A stretch of 53,224 nucleotides of DNA, the filler included, from Sluysia triapertura (lineage: Eukaryota), in the NCBI GenBank assembly GCA_046118255.1. It is 4 parts of 4 records of this genome, joined end to end, with 100 filler letters (N's around TTAATTAATTAA, not from the genome) between each part and the next. Parts side by side here need not be neighbours in the genome. Positions count along the whole stretch, not along the records: positions 15,127 to 27,438 come from JBJNIA010120417.1; positions 27,539 to 40,076 come from JBJNIA010100546.1; positions 40,177 to 53,224 come from JBJNIA010063084.1; 1 more part is not named here. One strand, written 5' to 3'. The notes under the pieces are model-generated. The model made no database searches. It was not told where the DNA came from and saw only the letters and a list, made by a program, of their open reading frames with translations. This document shows, piece after piece, positions 27,372 through 40,662 of the stretch. Made by a program: the position numbers and the translations under genes. Within the stretch, counting starts at the first letter, position 1. Each line of letters opens with the position of its first letter.

Positions 27372-27611
27372 TTAACCTTTATGGTACGCTATTTATATTG
27401 ATTTGTATTACCCGCCGGACGGAATTAATTTGCAAAAGNNNNNNNNNNNNNNNNNNNNNNNNNNNNNNNNNNNNNNNNNNNNTTAATTAATTAANNNNNN
27501 NNNNNNNNNNNNNNNNNNNNNNNNNNNNNNNNNNNNNNTCACACCTTTTGCAAATTAATTCCGTCCGGCAGGTAATACAAATCAATATAAATAGCGTACG
27601 ATAAAGGTTAA
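27372..27611. mobile_element. TTAA-flanked element (piggyBac-like/MITE) whose two TIRs bracket the assembly gap
   Basis: 27376-27438 is the reverse complement of ~27545-27607 with 2 mismatches; TTAA at 27372-27375 and 27608-27611. Confidence 0.8.
27439..27538. other. Artificial assembly spacer
   Basis: N44-TTAATTAATTAA-N44. Confidence 0.97.
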
Positions 27612-28119
27612 TATAGTTTAAAAACATATAGTTTCATTAAAATCCTACCGACGAACTTGTAAATTGTTTATTTTGCCGAAAGCTTTAAATAAAACCATTG
27701 TAAGTTTAAGGAATATAACGCATTAAATTTAAATTTTAAAAAACAAATCATGCTTAAAATATTTAATAATTTCAGTAGTAAAACTATATCTTACTCGGTT
27801 ACGATCCTCATCAATACTAAAGAAATGGACTAATTAAAATTTTTATTAATCAATTTTAAAAATGGGGCATTCTTCCGTTTTGATAATGCACGACTGTAAC
27901 AGTACCTAATTTCACAATAGATGATTCACCTGTGCTTGTTTTATTGCAGATATTTTAGTAACGATACAACATATTGATGAGCACTCTAGAATAAACTCGT
28001 GTTTAAACATGTATAGTAATTTCAATTTAATTTTAAACATAAATGTGCTGGATTGAATGATAATATTTAATCTGACAGTAAAAATTAATAATAATTCATA
28101 AATGATATAACAAACTAAC

Positions 28120-28185
28120 GCCTCTAATAAGTGCTTTGGCATCTTTTGTAAAATAAGGCAATAATACGGGATCTGATCTGAGAAT
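28120..28185 (-). CDS. AGC kinase (S6K/RSK-like) exon: ILRSDPVLLPYFTKDAKALIRG
   Basis: ttcag/gttagt boundaries, 66 nt, phase 0/0; aligns to S6K [22 protein letters not shown]. Confidence 0.8.
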
Positions 28186-28258
28186 CTGAATTTGATAAAA
28201 AGCAAGTAATCAAAACTAATTAATAATATTTAAAAAGAAAAGAAAAACAAAAGATTAC

Positions 28259-28300
28259 CCTGTCAATTGTTTCTCGGCGATTTGATCCAGAAAAAGGTGG
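28259..28300 (-). CDS. AGC kinase (S6K/RSK-like) exon: PPFSGSNRRETIDR
   Basis: tttag/gtaatc boundaries, 42 nt, phase 0/0, 73-nt intron to the next exon; aligns to S6K PPFTGENRKKTIDK. Confidence 0.85.
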
Positions 28301-29614
28301 CTAAATTATAAATTAAAAAATCCATTATTCACACAGAAATCACATAGAATCTTTGTATTAGAATGCTATTTCGAATGATTTAATCAAATTACTAAAATTA
28401 ATATTACATTGTTATTATTATAATTGGACTTTATTTAACTGCACATTGACAAAATTTTTTGAATATTAAGCCAAATCTTTATTATTATTTTAATTTTATT
28501 ATGTAACCAATTTATTTCTATAGTTAAAATCATACAAATAATTTTGATAAATGTATTATGGTGATAGTATGGCCAATTTCAACTATATTAATTAATTTTC
28601 TTCTGTAATATTGGTTTAGCCATATTAAATCATAATTAGGTGATTATACACTACACCGATAAATATAATATATAGTTTGGAAATATTTATTCTTACGACT
28701 CACTTTTTATTTATCTCAAAAATGAATAACTATTGCTGAATTGAAAACATTAATTATTTATTATTTCCGAATAAAATTTTCTTAAATACTTAGGTTTAAT
28801 AGTACATTTTATAAGTAGTGATGAATATTCGAATGAAAATGACATGATAAATAACTAATGCATTTACAATTTATAAAAGTAAATATATAAATATAAATTG
28901 GAGTAAATCATCCAATGTACAAACACTAGTAAATAAATGGAATACCACAATTACGTAGGTCCAACAAATCTCTCACAACATTTATAAAATCAAAATTTTG
29001 TGAGATACTGAGAGCGGTTTGAAGATGTTTCAAAATTTACAAATGAAAAATTGGTCCACCGTGGAGGAGTTCACATTTTTTATTAAATTATTTACATTGT
29101 TATTAAAATACCGAATTTTAGTTTAATTTTATTCATTAACAAAAAAACATTGATTAACAATAATAAAACAATAATAAATTTAGTAAACTTGTAAATAATA
29201 ATAAGACTATATAAAGAATATTTGTAAATTTGTATAGAATAAATTTGTATATAGAATATTTGTAAATAATAATACTATAAATAATTTGTATAAAAACAAA
29301 ATTTGAAACATAATAAAAAAATTATTAAAATATTTATTTTAAAAATCCTAGTTATTAAATTTTGAAATATTTATTTTAAAAAATTCTAGTTATTAAGTTA
29401 AAAATTTTAGTTACTAAATTACGAAAAAGGAAGTCATTATTATTTACGAAAAAGGAAAAAGGAAGTTAGTTATTTATTATTTATTTAGTTTTATTTATTT
29501 AGTTTATAAAAGGAAATAATTATTTATATTATATTCATAAATAAGGAAGTAAGCTTATATATAAGGAAAGTTATTAAGATAGAGACTTTAGTAATTCGAA
29601 AAATATATACAATT

Positions 29615-29880
29615 CATTGTGGCAATAATCTGTGTTTTTTGGAAAAAGATTATTTGGAAGAAATTTAATTAGTGGGAAGATTTTATCTGAAAAAAGGGCA
29701 TTTGATCAAAATTTCGTTGTGGAACAATCCGTATTTTTTGGAGAAAATTATTTGGGAAAAGATCTATTCAGTTAACTATATATCGTGGATCGATTTTCGC
29801 GCCTACATAAAAGATTATTTGGAAACAATTTGGAATAATTTGTTTTGGAAAATTGATTTATTAAAAAGATTAAGTAAGCT
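29615..29880 (+). repeat. Degenerate tandem repeat with (aaag)attatttgg core
   Basis: gtgg...attatttgg units near 29620, 29720 and 29785. Confidence 0.5.
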
Positions 29881-30839
29881 TATTTTTAATAGGTTCTGAC
29901 CCTAATAAAAGGCGTCTTAAACTATACTTAAACTATTAATCATTCTAGTTTTTTAAGTAACCCAAGAATAAATCTTCGGGTCAAAATCTACTAAACATTT
30001 GAAGGATATTTATTAAAATTTTATTAATATTATAATTTTTAATTGAATTGTATCAAGTTTTTTATTACATTTATACAATAAATTTAGTTTTTCGTTGTTG
30101 GATTTTCTTTTGAGAAAGTAAATTTGTTAAAGAATTAATTAGTTAAAAATTATTTACTTGAGAATTTTAGAGAATTATTTAATAATTTATTAAAAAAGAA
30201 AAAGTTTAGATCATTGAAATTTGTAACTGATTGAGAATTTTTATTAAAAGAAATTTAGAAAGTTAAGTTTAAATAAACAGATTAGTACGCTCGAATTTAT
30301 AAGTTTGTTTAAGGGAATTAATTTTTTGATACTTCATTAAACTGTTATTAGTGGAACTTACTAAAGATTTATTCAGCTAATTGAGTATTACGTATTGTCA
30401 TTAACGTTATAATTTTTTAAGAATTTAAAGAATTAATTTTAAAAAATAAACTTCGTGAATCAACATTCTTCCATCCATCATTTATTTTCTTCAAGTTTTC
30501 ATAAAGATAACGTTGTTACCTTTAGTATTTTAATCTTCAGTTTTTTTAAGTACGTTAAAATCCTACGAAAACGTCCTTTCATATAAGATAAAACGTTTAT
30601 CGTAGGCGAACCCATTTTAAGAAATTTTTTATAATTGTTCTCTTTAGAAGTAAAAACAGAACAAAACTAATACGCATAATTACAATATTTAAACCTCGTG
30701 CATAATTACAATATTTGAACTTCGAACCTTCAACTATATACAACTTTGATATTACAACATTGATATTTTACAGTTATATAGAAATATTACTTTTTAGGTA
30801 ATCTTTTAACTTATTAGTTACAAAAACGCCAATAATACG

Positions 30840-30920
30840 TTGTAAGACGTTTATTGTAACCGGACCCTGCTCAAAAAATTTTTGCCGTAGATTAAGTGCT
30901 AAAAAACTGAGCATAATGAA
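30840..30920 (+). repeat. TGTAAC-containing repeat end (LTR-like)
   Basis: Homologous to the reverse complement of 13790-13870. Confidence 0.65.
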
Positions 30921-31409
30921 TTTTATAATGGGATGGTATATTTTCGTGGTATGGCTAATACTAAAAAACAGTAAGGTGTTTTATTTTTGGTTATTTTGTA
31001 AGAATTAAAATTATAAAGTTTTATTACAAATTAAGAACTTGGTGTGTAAATAAACATCTTAAGTTTTCTATTATATTTTCTATTATATTAAATTTTCTAT
31101 TACAAATTTATATATATTTTATTCAGAATTGTTTATTTACTTTTTATATTTACTCTTCAGTTGAGACATACAAGTAATTTAAATTAAACTTCTTTGACTT
31201 AAGTTTTCACTGTGTCTACGTATAACGATATAAATTAACAATAGACATAGAAAAATAACAAATTAATTAGAACAAATAGTAGAGAAGAAAAGAAAGAAAA
31301 TATAATAGAAAATATACTCAACAAAATTTCAAAGTTGAGAAATTTATAGATAAACAAAACTTCTATATTTTAATACAAAAATTAACGAAGAAGCTGAGTT
31401 GGAACCTGT

Positions 31410-32148
31410 TTAAAATTTGCAACAATGGTCAAATAATTTAAATTCAGAGATTTCAATATTATTGCTTTTCACAGCATCAAGTGATACCCTACTTTCGTAA
31501 ACTTGCATCTGACTCATGTTGTAATAAACATTTAGTGATTTGAGGACAACTCTGAATAAAACATTCATGTACTTCAGCATTATCTTCAATATTCTTAGCC
31601 AATTCAGGAACATTGATAATAAGTTCTTTATCATTAACAAAATTTATAAGTTTTAATTCTAACTTCATATGTAACCTTATTTCGGAATTCAAATTTTGAA
31701 TTGGACTTAGTATCATTACATGTCCTTAAATTTTTCTTTAATATTTAATTGTGCTTCTTAGCAGAACTAAATGCTGATTCGTAGTTCGTGCGATTATCAC
31801 GCAGTGCCATCACAATAATACTTATTTTCCTCATCATCTCACAAGTACGCTTTAACAAAACAAAGTTTCTCATAGATTTGTGTTTTTAGTTTAACATGAA
31901 TATTCTTTTAGTGGTACAACATCTTCAAAAACTAGATGAATATCTTTAATACCTTCCTCGTTTATATCTAATGCTATTTCGGCATAACTTTTGAAAATGA
32001 GTGCATTTCGAACTATCTTAGTTACGTTATTTGTGATTGTAGAGCATTCTTTAATTTTACCATCGAGTTTAGAACGAATTTGTAGATCATCTTCTTGATC
32101 GTTACTGTTAATTTGATTAGTAATAGAATTAACATTTAAATTGTCCAT
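31410..32148 (-). pseudogene. Degenerate ankyrin-repeat-like ORF
   Basis: KIVRNALIFKSYAEIALDINEEGIKDIHLV; EDNAEVHECFIQSCPQITKCLLQHESDASLR; LDAVKSNNIEI, resembling the ANK consensus across frameshifts. Confidence 0.45.
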
Positions 32149-32658
32149 TAAAGAGTCTTTAAATTCTAAAGCATTTTAAAAATTTAATTTACTGTTAACA
32201 TCACTATCAGAATTCTGTTCATTAATCGTGATGTGATTAATATAGAGACGATATGATTTAGCAGGAACTTTTCGACTGTACTCATAAAAATGAGTAATCA
32301 TAATTTTTTACTGGTTTTAAAACTTCTCCAATCATTTCACGAAATAATCTCAATGTTTTTAATTAACATAAGCACATCGAATCAAAACATCTTTTCCAAT
32401 TTTTAAAAGAGCACAATTTAACAAAGACTAAATACAATTTTATTTACTTCTAATGTTAAAACAAGAAACGTTATAAGACAAAAAATTTCGAAGATGAAAA
32501 CATGTTTATTTGATAATCCAAATTAATTCGAAGATTTTTAATATTCAAACAAAACAATTGTAATAAAGTTTTTAGTAATAATATTAATATTTATAAAAAT
32601 ATCAGACTTGGTGAAAATAATAATTATAATAATAAAACTTGATTACACATTTTAATAA

Positions 32659-32659
<1 letters not shown>

Positions 32660-32738
<79 letters not shown>
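32660..32738. repeat. (AAT)n microsatellite
   Basis: Direct observation. Confidence 0.9.
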
Positions 32739-32741
<3 letters not shown>

Positions 32742-33537
32742 TTAACCTAATAAAAGTATTGAGAATCTAATTCGTTAATAAAGGAATTTAGTATGATTTT
32801 GTGATTAGCTGAAGCCACCTTAAATAATATAAAGAGTTTAGGTAAGATTTTATACATTACGTAAGTAAGCAAATCTTATGAATTTCTAATACAAATTTTA
32901 AAATTATATAAGCCAAAGTCACGAAAGTTTTCCACCAAATATTGTTATTGTCCATTAATTAGTTCCAAATTGATTCTTTCCACTACATTTACAAAATTCT
33001 TATGTGTATCATGTATGTCGATTCTTTAAAGATTTTTAATTTTTGACTAAGTTATGAGTTATGCTAGAAATCTCTAACTATTTATAGTAATCACCAAATA
33101 ATTTTTGCATATGATAAATTAAAATATTAGAAATTAAAATGGATTTATCAAAATATTATTAAAGTATGTTTACTCGCAAATTAAAATATTTTAAAATATT
33201 ATGCATTCATTCAAAAATCAGGATAATAAAAGTATACCATATGACTTTATCGCATGACTTTTATTGCAATTATTATTATTATAAACACAATCATAGGCAA
33301 ACATCAACACATTTCTCCTAAATAAAATTTTAAACCAACTTCAACACGATCTAACGCGAAATATCAAATCAGCAAACATACATAAAACAGAAACTATCTT
33401 CACACGACGCAACGCAAATTCAATATATCTTTACATCAATAGTCATAATAATGATAACATTCATTGAAACAATTGCAAACTAAAATATAATATTATTGTT
33501 ATTTTAATCATTACATGATTGTCATTAATTGTCATGG

Positions 33538-33542
<5 letters not shown>

Positions 33543-33598
<56 letters not shown>
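33543..33598. repeat. (ATT)n microsatellite
   Basis: Direct observation. Confidence 0.9.
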
Positions 33599-33600
<2 letters not shown>

Positions 33601-33611
33601 AATATTCTTAC

Positions 33612-33655
33612 CGTATCCATTCAAATTCGATGAATGGATCATCACTATTCGTCAT
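33612..33655 (-). CDS. Candidate first coding exon MTNSDDPFIEFEWI(R)
   Basis: ATG-initiated GC-richer 44 nt ending at a strong CG/gtaag donor. Confidence 0.35.
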
Positions 33656-34839
33656 TGAAAAAAGCTTATATATAATCTTTAAATGTTATTTTATTTAAAT
33701 ACACCATTCATTTAGATATACTTGACACATGGAGATAACTGCTAAGGTAATTGCAATTGTAATTATTAATGTTTAGCCCAAATAATCACACTATACAAAT
33801 CATAATATTTAAGACATAAATAATTAATGTTTATTTTATCAATTAGTGAGATGTCATTAAAAGAAAAAGTTTAATATTGTTTTTAATCAATTCTTAATTT
33901 TTATTTATATTACTTATTTATGTACTCATATTTATATATAGAATATTATATTTATAAAATGATGTTACTATTGTTATTTAATCGTTGAAATTTAATTTCA
34001 CCTCATGTTTTCTTTATAAAATTTTGTGAAATTATTATTCAGAAAAAGTTGTGTTACTAAAAGTAAGAAAGTTTCATTTATGGAAACTTGTATGAAATAC
34101 TTGAGTCATTAATTCTATAATGAGAGGATAATAGATTTAATATATCTGTGTTTATGAAGTTAATTCGAAGATGATTCCAATAAATTTTCAATACATTGAA
34201 AATGAAAAATATCATAATTATAATGCTTCATCGTCATTAATCTAACAAATTCATTCAAGGATAATTCATTTAGCATTGTATTGTTTGTCATGTGCAATTT
34301 TGTACAGATATTTTAATTATAGTTAATTTTTTATATTTTCTAATTATCAAAAATTCTGTTATAAAACTATATCTGAAGATTTATATCTAAAATAAAGGTG
34401 CACAATTTTTCACATGATTATTATAAGTAATTGACATTATTATTATTTTACTTCTATTATTATTACATACTTACAATAATAATAATTACAATTACATTTA
34501 TCATCGTATATAAATTACTAAGTAAGCATAAATTTTTTGATATTTATTGTGTAATGAACATATATTGTAAATATGAACATTGAAACATTGATTGAATGAA
34601 CATTGATTATATTGATTAATTTTATGCGTATAAAACATTATTAATTGATTTATCGTTGGAATTTTTATTTTTTAGAATTTTAATTTGAGGATTTTTAATT
34701 GTTATAATTTTTATTGTAAGTAATTTTAATTATTTATTAAACTATCTTGATTTTTATAATCAAACTAACGTAAAATATTAAAAAACTATTTTAATTATTT
34801 TGTTTTAATAAATTAATTTTAACAGTTGCATTAATCCGA

Positions 34840-36310
34840 TGAAGGTTGGATTAAAACCATATAAATAAACAACATTTTCACAATATTTGCACAACATTTT
34901 GTAAAGTTTTTGCAACAAGCTTCGTAATTCTGGTTCTAGCTACGATCCCGGCAGTTTTTTAATATTCTTTAATCATTGTGAATCTACATTTTACGTTAGT
35001 TTAATTATTATAAGGTTCGATACTCTAAAGTATCATTAGTAAAATCATACTTAAAATCCCTTTAATCAACTTTTGGATCTTATCATAGATCCTACGAAAA
35101 ATACATTACCAAAATCTATTGTTTTGTATTAACTCCAGCAGAGTTAATTTGTAAACTGATATCATTCTTATTATCAAATCGTGTATATTTTTAAACTTTG
35201 TTTATGAAGAAATAAATTATGGGTAATTAATTTATATTTATAATTTAACTTTTATAGTTTCTAATATAAACTTGATCTTTTATATGTTTTCAAAAGTTAG
35301 AGTTTATTTCTAACGACGAAAAATCATTTTAAAGATTCCATATCAAGGAATCAATACAAAATCATTTAATTAAAGTTATTATTATTAATCTTACTCTTAT
35401 TATTACTCTTAGTAGATTTTAATTTACCTCCAGATAGTTAAAGGTACAAGTAAGCTGTGAGGTTTTAGAGCAGTTCTTTTTTGAGCATCACTTGAGATTT
35501 TCTTTAAATTTACAAAATCTAATGGCTGGCCCTAATCGGTAAGCTCAGTACGTTGATGAACTCACGTTAAACTTTCGATTTATACTTTACTTTTCTCACA
35601 AATGTAAATTATTGATTATATGAGTGTAATTATGTGACTATATGTGATTATTGATTTTTACTTAATAATTAACTGATTATAATAATTATTTTAGTAAATT
35701 TGATATTAATTGTAAACCATTAATTTTTGAAAGAGTAAATTTAATTTAAATATTTATAATTTGAAGATTAAATTAAATATTTTTGAAGAAAATATTTTAT
35801 TTAATTTTTAAGTAAATATTTTATTTTTTAAATTATTTAAATTATTTTAAAATATTCTAATGAAGTCAAGGTTGGTTCCAGAATTACTATAAATAAGAAT
35901 AAAGTCGCACAACGTTTTCTATAACTTTTAACCTTCGATTTGTGATACAAAATTTCAGTTAGAAGAAATTCTTGGAACTGATTTTTCTGTGGACGATTAC
36001 TATTTAATATTTTAAATATTCGTTAGTTTATTTTTTTAAGGTCGTACCTAATAGGTACAGCGCAAAATCTATTAAAAATTATTAATCCTAATAATTGTAG
36101 AACCATTTAAAGGTTCCATCGTAAAATATCTATTAAAATCATCGACTTTTAGATTAACTTAATAAAGTTAATTTCGTAATTTATTATTTCCTATTGCATT
36201 AAATTTTTGTTGTACCATAATACCATAATAGTAACAATCTTTTTGCTTTTTAAATCCAACGGCTAGCCCTAACTGGTAAGTATAGATACATTGGTGAATT
36301 CACCATATTT
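34840..36310 (+). repeat. Two diverged neighbouring copies of an LTR-like repeat (~34840-35570 and ~35865-36310)
   Basis: Shared aaggttgg..tataaataa..gcacaac start and ggct(g/a)gccctaa..ggtaag...ttg(a/g)tgaa.tcac end. Confidence 0.55.
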
Positions 36311-37527
36311 ATTCATTCTTTATTCATAAGACAAGAAGAAAACTGTTGCATTATTATTAAATGTAAATGTTGGTTAAATGGAGTTAATTAGTGCATTGCG
36401 TATATTACTTAGATAGCACAAGTAAAACTACAATAATGGTTTAATATTTAATATATTTTCTTCTGTTTTTGCTTCATTAATACCATTTATAAGTTTATGT
36501 GCAATATTTCCGTTTTATCAATACTTTTTTTATTATATGCTGGTAAATATGTTTTTTTTGAATATCATGACCATGGATGAAAAATTAAATTATCATATAC
36601 TACGATGATCGAAAAGATTATGTAACAATTGTACCATTATCTTTTGATGGAACTGAATCCTATTTTTTACTTGTTGTTTTCATTATATTAAGATATTTTC
36701 GGTATAATAATGAACTTAGTATTTACCTGAATCAAGCTTATTATTATGTACCTGTATTAGTTTTGGTCTCTGTTTAAGATTAATTTTATAGTAAACATTT
36801 TATTATTGTAACAACATTCAAATGCAATTGAGAATATTGGGAATCTGATTCCGAAATGAATTATCCAGTATTTATGTCTAATATTATCGGTGTCCTTATT
36901 TTTGCAGTAATTTCGATTTTTTATTTTGATTTTGATTTCATTGTTATTTTTTCGAATTTATTTCTCAGTTCTGTTAATTTGATAGCAGTTTTCTCCCATT
37001 ACAGCGACCTTATTTAATTACAATTTATTGATTGAGAACTGTGTTAAATTAATATTTTTTGTTTTGTGTTTAATATTATGTTCTTTAAGTGTTGTTATTA
37101 TCGATTAAATTCATTTGATTTTATTCTATTCTATTTTTAGAGGCGAATTTTCTTTTTTTGGAAAATAAACATTTTAAAAGTGATTTTAAAGACTTATAAA
37201 TAATTTTAGAACATTTTTATGATCCTAGAGGGTTGTAATGAAAAGAGACTTGACAAGAGAATTCAAATTTCATTTCGCATTTCTATTTCTTACATCAGAG
37301 ACGAATTCAACTCTGATTTTCAGATAAAGATGACTTATAAATAAATTGAAAGTACATGGTTTTAAGATAATTAAAAGGTGACAAATTATTTTGAATAAGA
37401 ATCATTACTTATAAGAATCACGAGTTTAAATCTAGAAAAGATAAGCAGTTTAAATTACAAGTAATTAAAAATATAAATTAAACTTTTTATTACAGAATTA
37501 TTATAGTTATAATTATAATTATATTAC

Positions 37528-37827
37528 CTCGTGGTAACTAAGACTGAATGGTATGCCTGATTCCAATTGGTTCAAGATAGCATAGTGCTGCCAGTAGTCA
37601 TAAATCCAGCATATGTAGTAGGGACACGTGAGTAGCAAGAAGCAGAAGGCTATCAAAACCAGTAAACCAGCAAATTGAAAACCAATCAATTTCTGATGAC
37701 TTAAACAAGCATTAGCTCGTCTTCTCCAAATAAACAAATGTTGTGCTATGGCCACATTGAAAATTAAAATCATTATTGAAGGTATCACACTGATAAATGA
37801 AGCATACACCATATCATACACTAAATT
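37528..37827 (-). CDS. Class A (peptide-receptor-like) GPCR internal exon, TM5-IL3-TM6
   Basis: tttcag/gtaata boundaries, 300 nt, phase 0/0; VIPSIMILIFNVAI (TM5 P..I...FN) and FCFLLLTCPYYI (TM6 F.....P). Confidence 0.85.
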
Positions 37828-38339
37828 CTGAAACTAAATATAAATATGAATTACTTATGAATCAGATTAATAATAAAAATAGAAATTATTAATTTACATC
37901 AGACATATTAAAGATAAAATGAAGATTAAATTAACACCGTATTACTTTCTGTTTACATATAAATGTGTAATAACAAATTTGTTTTGTAACAAATCTGTTA
38001 TAATTAAAATGTTTATTAACGAGAAATTGTATACTTAGTTAAATAGACTAAAGTTTAGAAAGTCTAGAATATGACAATGACCTTGGAAGTACAATATATA
38101 ATCCATTCATTGTTTCTATGGTAGAATTTTCAACAATTTTCTGTTATATGAATGCAATGATTCCAGATAATAAATCGTAAGTGTACTAAAATCGTTCGTT
38201 CTTCAGCAATTTTTCTTACTAAGTCCGAAGATGTGTATTTGCTGAAATCTTAATGTCCATTTTATGGTATGGTGCTACTTATTTTTCTTATTTCATTTCA
38301 TGGGCTAAAAGGCAACAAATACTGAAATCTCTGTATATT

Positions 38340-38726
38340 GAGGTATCACTCATAATATATAAATTTCTTCTTATTAGGGTACATTATACAAAATTTTCAG
38401 AGAATCTTCTTAAATCTATACATCAACAATACGGTATGTGTCTTAATCTAAAATTATCTGCCTTTTTTAACACCAATTGAAATCATGATGTTACATTTAA
38501 AAGATTTTAATCCTGCTGAGGTTGCATGTATCTCTCTTATACAAGTTACAATCAAATGTTACACATCCGCACAAAACACGTGTTACACTGAAACTAACAG
38601 CAAAACCAGTGTAGGTTCTCATTAGTAACATCGCATGCCTAGACATGGCCTTCAATCAATACGATGAATTTAAATAAGAGTAATTATAAAAATTTGCTTG
38701 TATCATTAAGACCTTCGCAGGGTTAA
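38340..38726 (+). mobile_element. Possible piggyBac 3' remnant
   Basis: Cys-rich-domain-like pieces across frames (QVTIKC...TC...KPV..S..IACLD) and terminus ...gcAGGG-TTAA. Confidence 0.35.
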
Positions 38727-40076
38727 TAAATATATGGCATTTAGAAAAAACAACTTGAAATGACAAAGTATTCATATTTGAATATGGAAAATAATGATAA
38801 ATTTAATATTTTTTAACATCATCTGATATATATATATTATCTGATGTATATATTATCTTTATCTGATATTAACATTATATATATTAACATTATCTGATAT
38901 ATTCGATATATTTTTTTCTAAATGTTAATTTTTTCTTAGAGATTCGAATTCACAAAAGATTATATAGCATGAAGTCCGACATATTTTCCAAACAGAAATA
39001 TTTTCATGTCTTTTTGTTCCATTTACTTGAAATTCTAATTTATTATACGATGATATTGTATGAAATTCAAAAAAACATGAACTTCCATAATAGGTAAACT
39101 CATTTTTGTTAAAATTGAAGAAAATATTCAAGTATATTAGTATTAAACAAAAGTCGATTATCGTACAGAAATTTCATCTACTACCCATAATTTTCAATTC
39201 TATTCGAAAAGAATTCAGCAACAAAATATGATGCAAGATTATGTTTTTATTTTTACTTATCAGTCAGATGTATTAACTAACTTTTATATACTTTTCTTTT
39301 TTGAAATTTATTCAAATAGTAAAGAGTTTTTTAATGTCAAGTGAACATTGTGAATTAATGTATTATATGATAGCTAATGTATATGAACCAACATGTTCCG
39401 TTGATCCTTTATACATTAAAGTTTTAAGTAAATCAAATTTTTGGTACCAACAATCTTTTCACTTTGTCGATTTGTTAAGTGTTCCTGAAGCAGTAAATAT
39501 AAAAAATTTTTCTCGACACGACAATTGCAATGATTGCACAAAATACACATCGTTTAGATTCTTGTGAATTCTATGAATTTAATCTTATGTCACGTCCTTA
39601 AATTTAAGATTTCAAACAGCTGGAAGTTGCTATGTTTTCTAAGTAATACATTTTATAAATTTTTAAAATTTTAAAATTATACTCATTAAGCTTTCAGTCT
39701 GGGGTTGAGCCTGTCTTATTAATGTAAATTCTAAAATACCAGGCCCAGAAATTGTAAATTATAGTAAAGATAATGATAATAAAATAATCCCAATCAAATC
39801 AAATATCAAATACGCAGTATTTAGATTGAAATAAATCTAAGCCTAATGCTAATACCAAAAGTTTAACTAAATAAAATAATAATTAACAAACTAAGAAATA
39901 ACCATTAATAATTATAATAACGACAATAGTTCAATAACAATAACAGTTATCAAATAAAAATAATATAATAATGTTAAGAATATTTTAATTAATATTTTAT
40001 ATTATTATTAGAAAAACTAATATTACATTTCTAAAGTGTTGCCATATTGATTCTAAAAGTGCTGTAAATCTTATAT

Positions 40077-40176
40077 NNNNNNNNNNNNNNNNNNNNNNNN
40101 NNNNNNNNNNNNNNNNNNNNTTAATTAATTAANNNNNNNNNNNNNNNNNNNNNNNNNNNNNNNNNNNNNNNNNNNN
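40077..40176. other. Artificial assembly spacer
   Basis: N44-TTAATTAATTAA-N44. Confidence 0.97.
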
Positions 40177-40386
40177 ATGAAAATTCATGATTTTTAAGAC
40201 CATTATAGTGTCATTTATTTATCGATCATGTTCATAAGATAAAATCAGGTGCACCTAAATCAAAAATCGGTGCAGAAAATGTATCCGACACACCGGCAAC
40301 AGTCCTAAAAGATTATAGGAAATTTAGGTTAAAAAATAAATATGCAATTTGACAAAAGTGTAAATAGTTTTGTTTTATTAAAAAGA

Positions 40387-40428
<42 letters not shown>

Positions 40429-40525
40429 CTTAAAAATAAAATACTATTTCATTAAAAATAAAAAACGAAATACGATTGGCTATTATTGCCGCATACACAT
40501 TCAATTTTTTATGTTTTTATAACCA

Positions 40526-40621
40526 ATGAATTCGATAAAATTATTTCTATTAATTGAAGAATATTTTTCACAAATCTTATTTGTAATGTTTTCAGAAATA
40601 ATTCACGAAAAAAATACCAAT

Positions 40622-40662
<41 letters not shown>

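Noticed and set aside
29615-29880. Repeat-spacer pattern as a CRISPR-like array
   Set aside because: Eukaryotic context; repeats are degenerate and irregularly spaced; no cas genes
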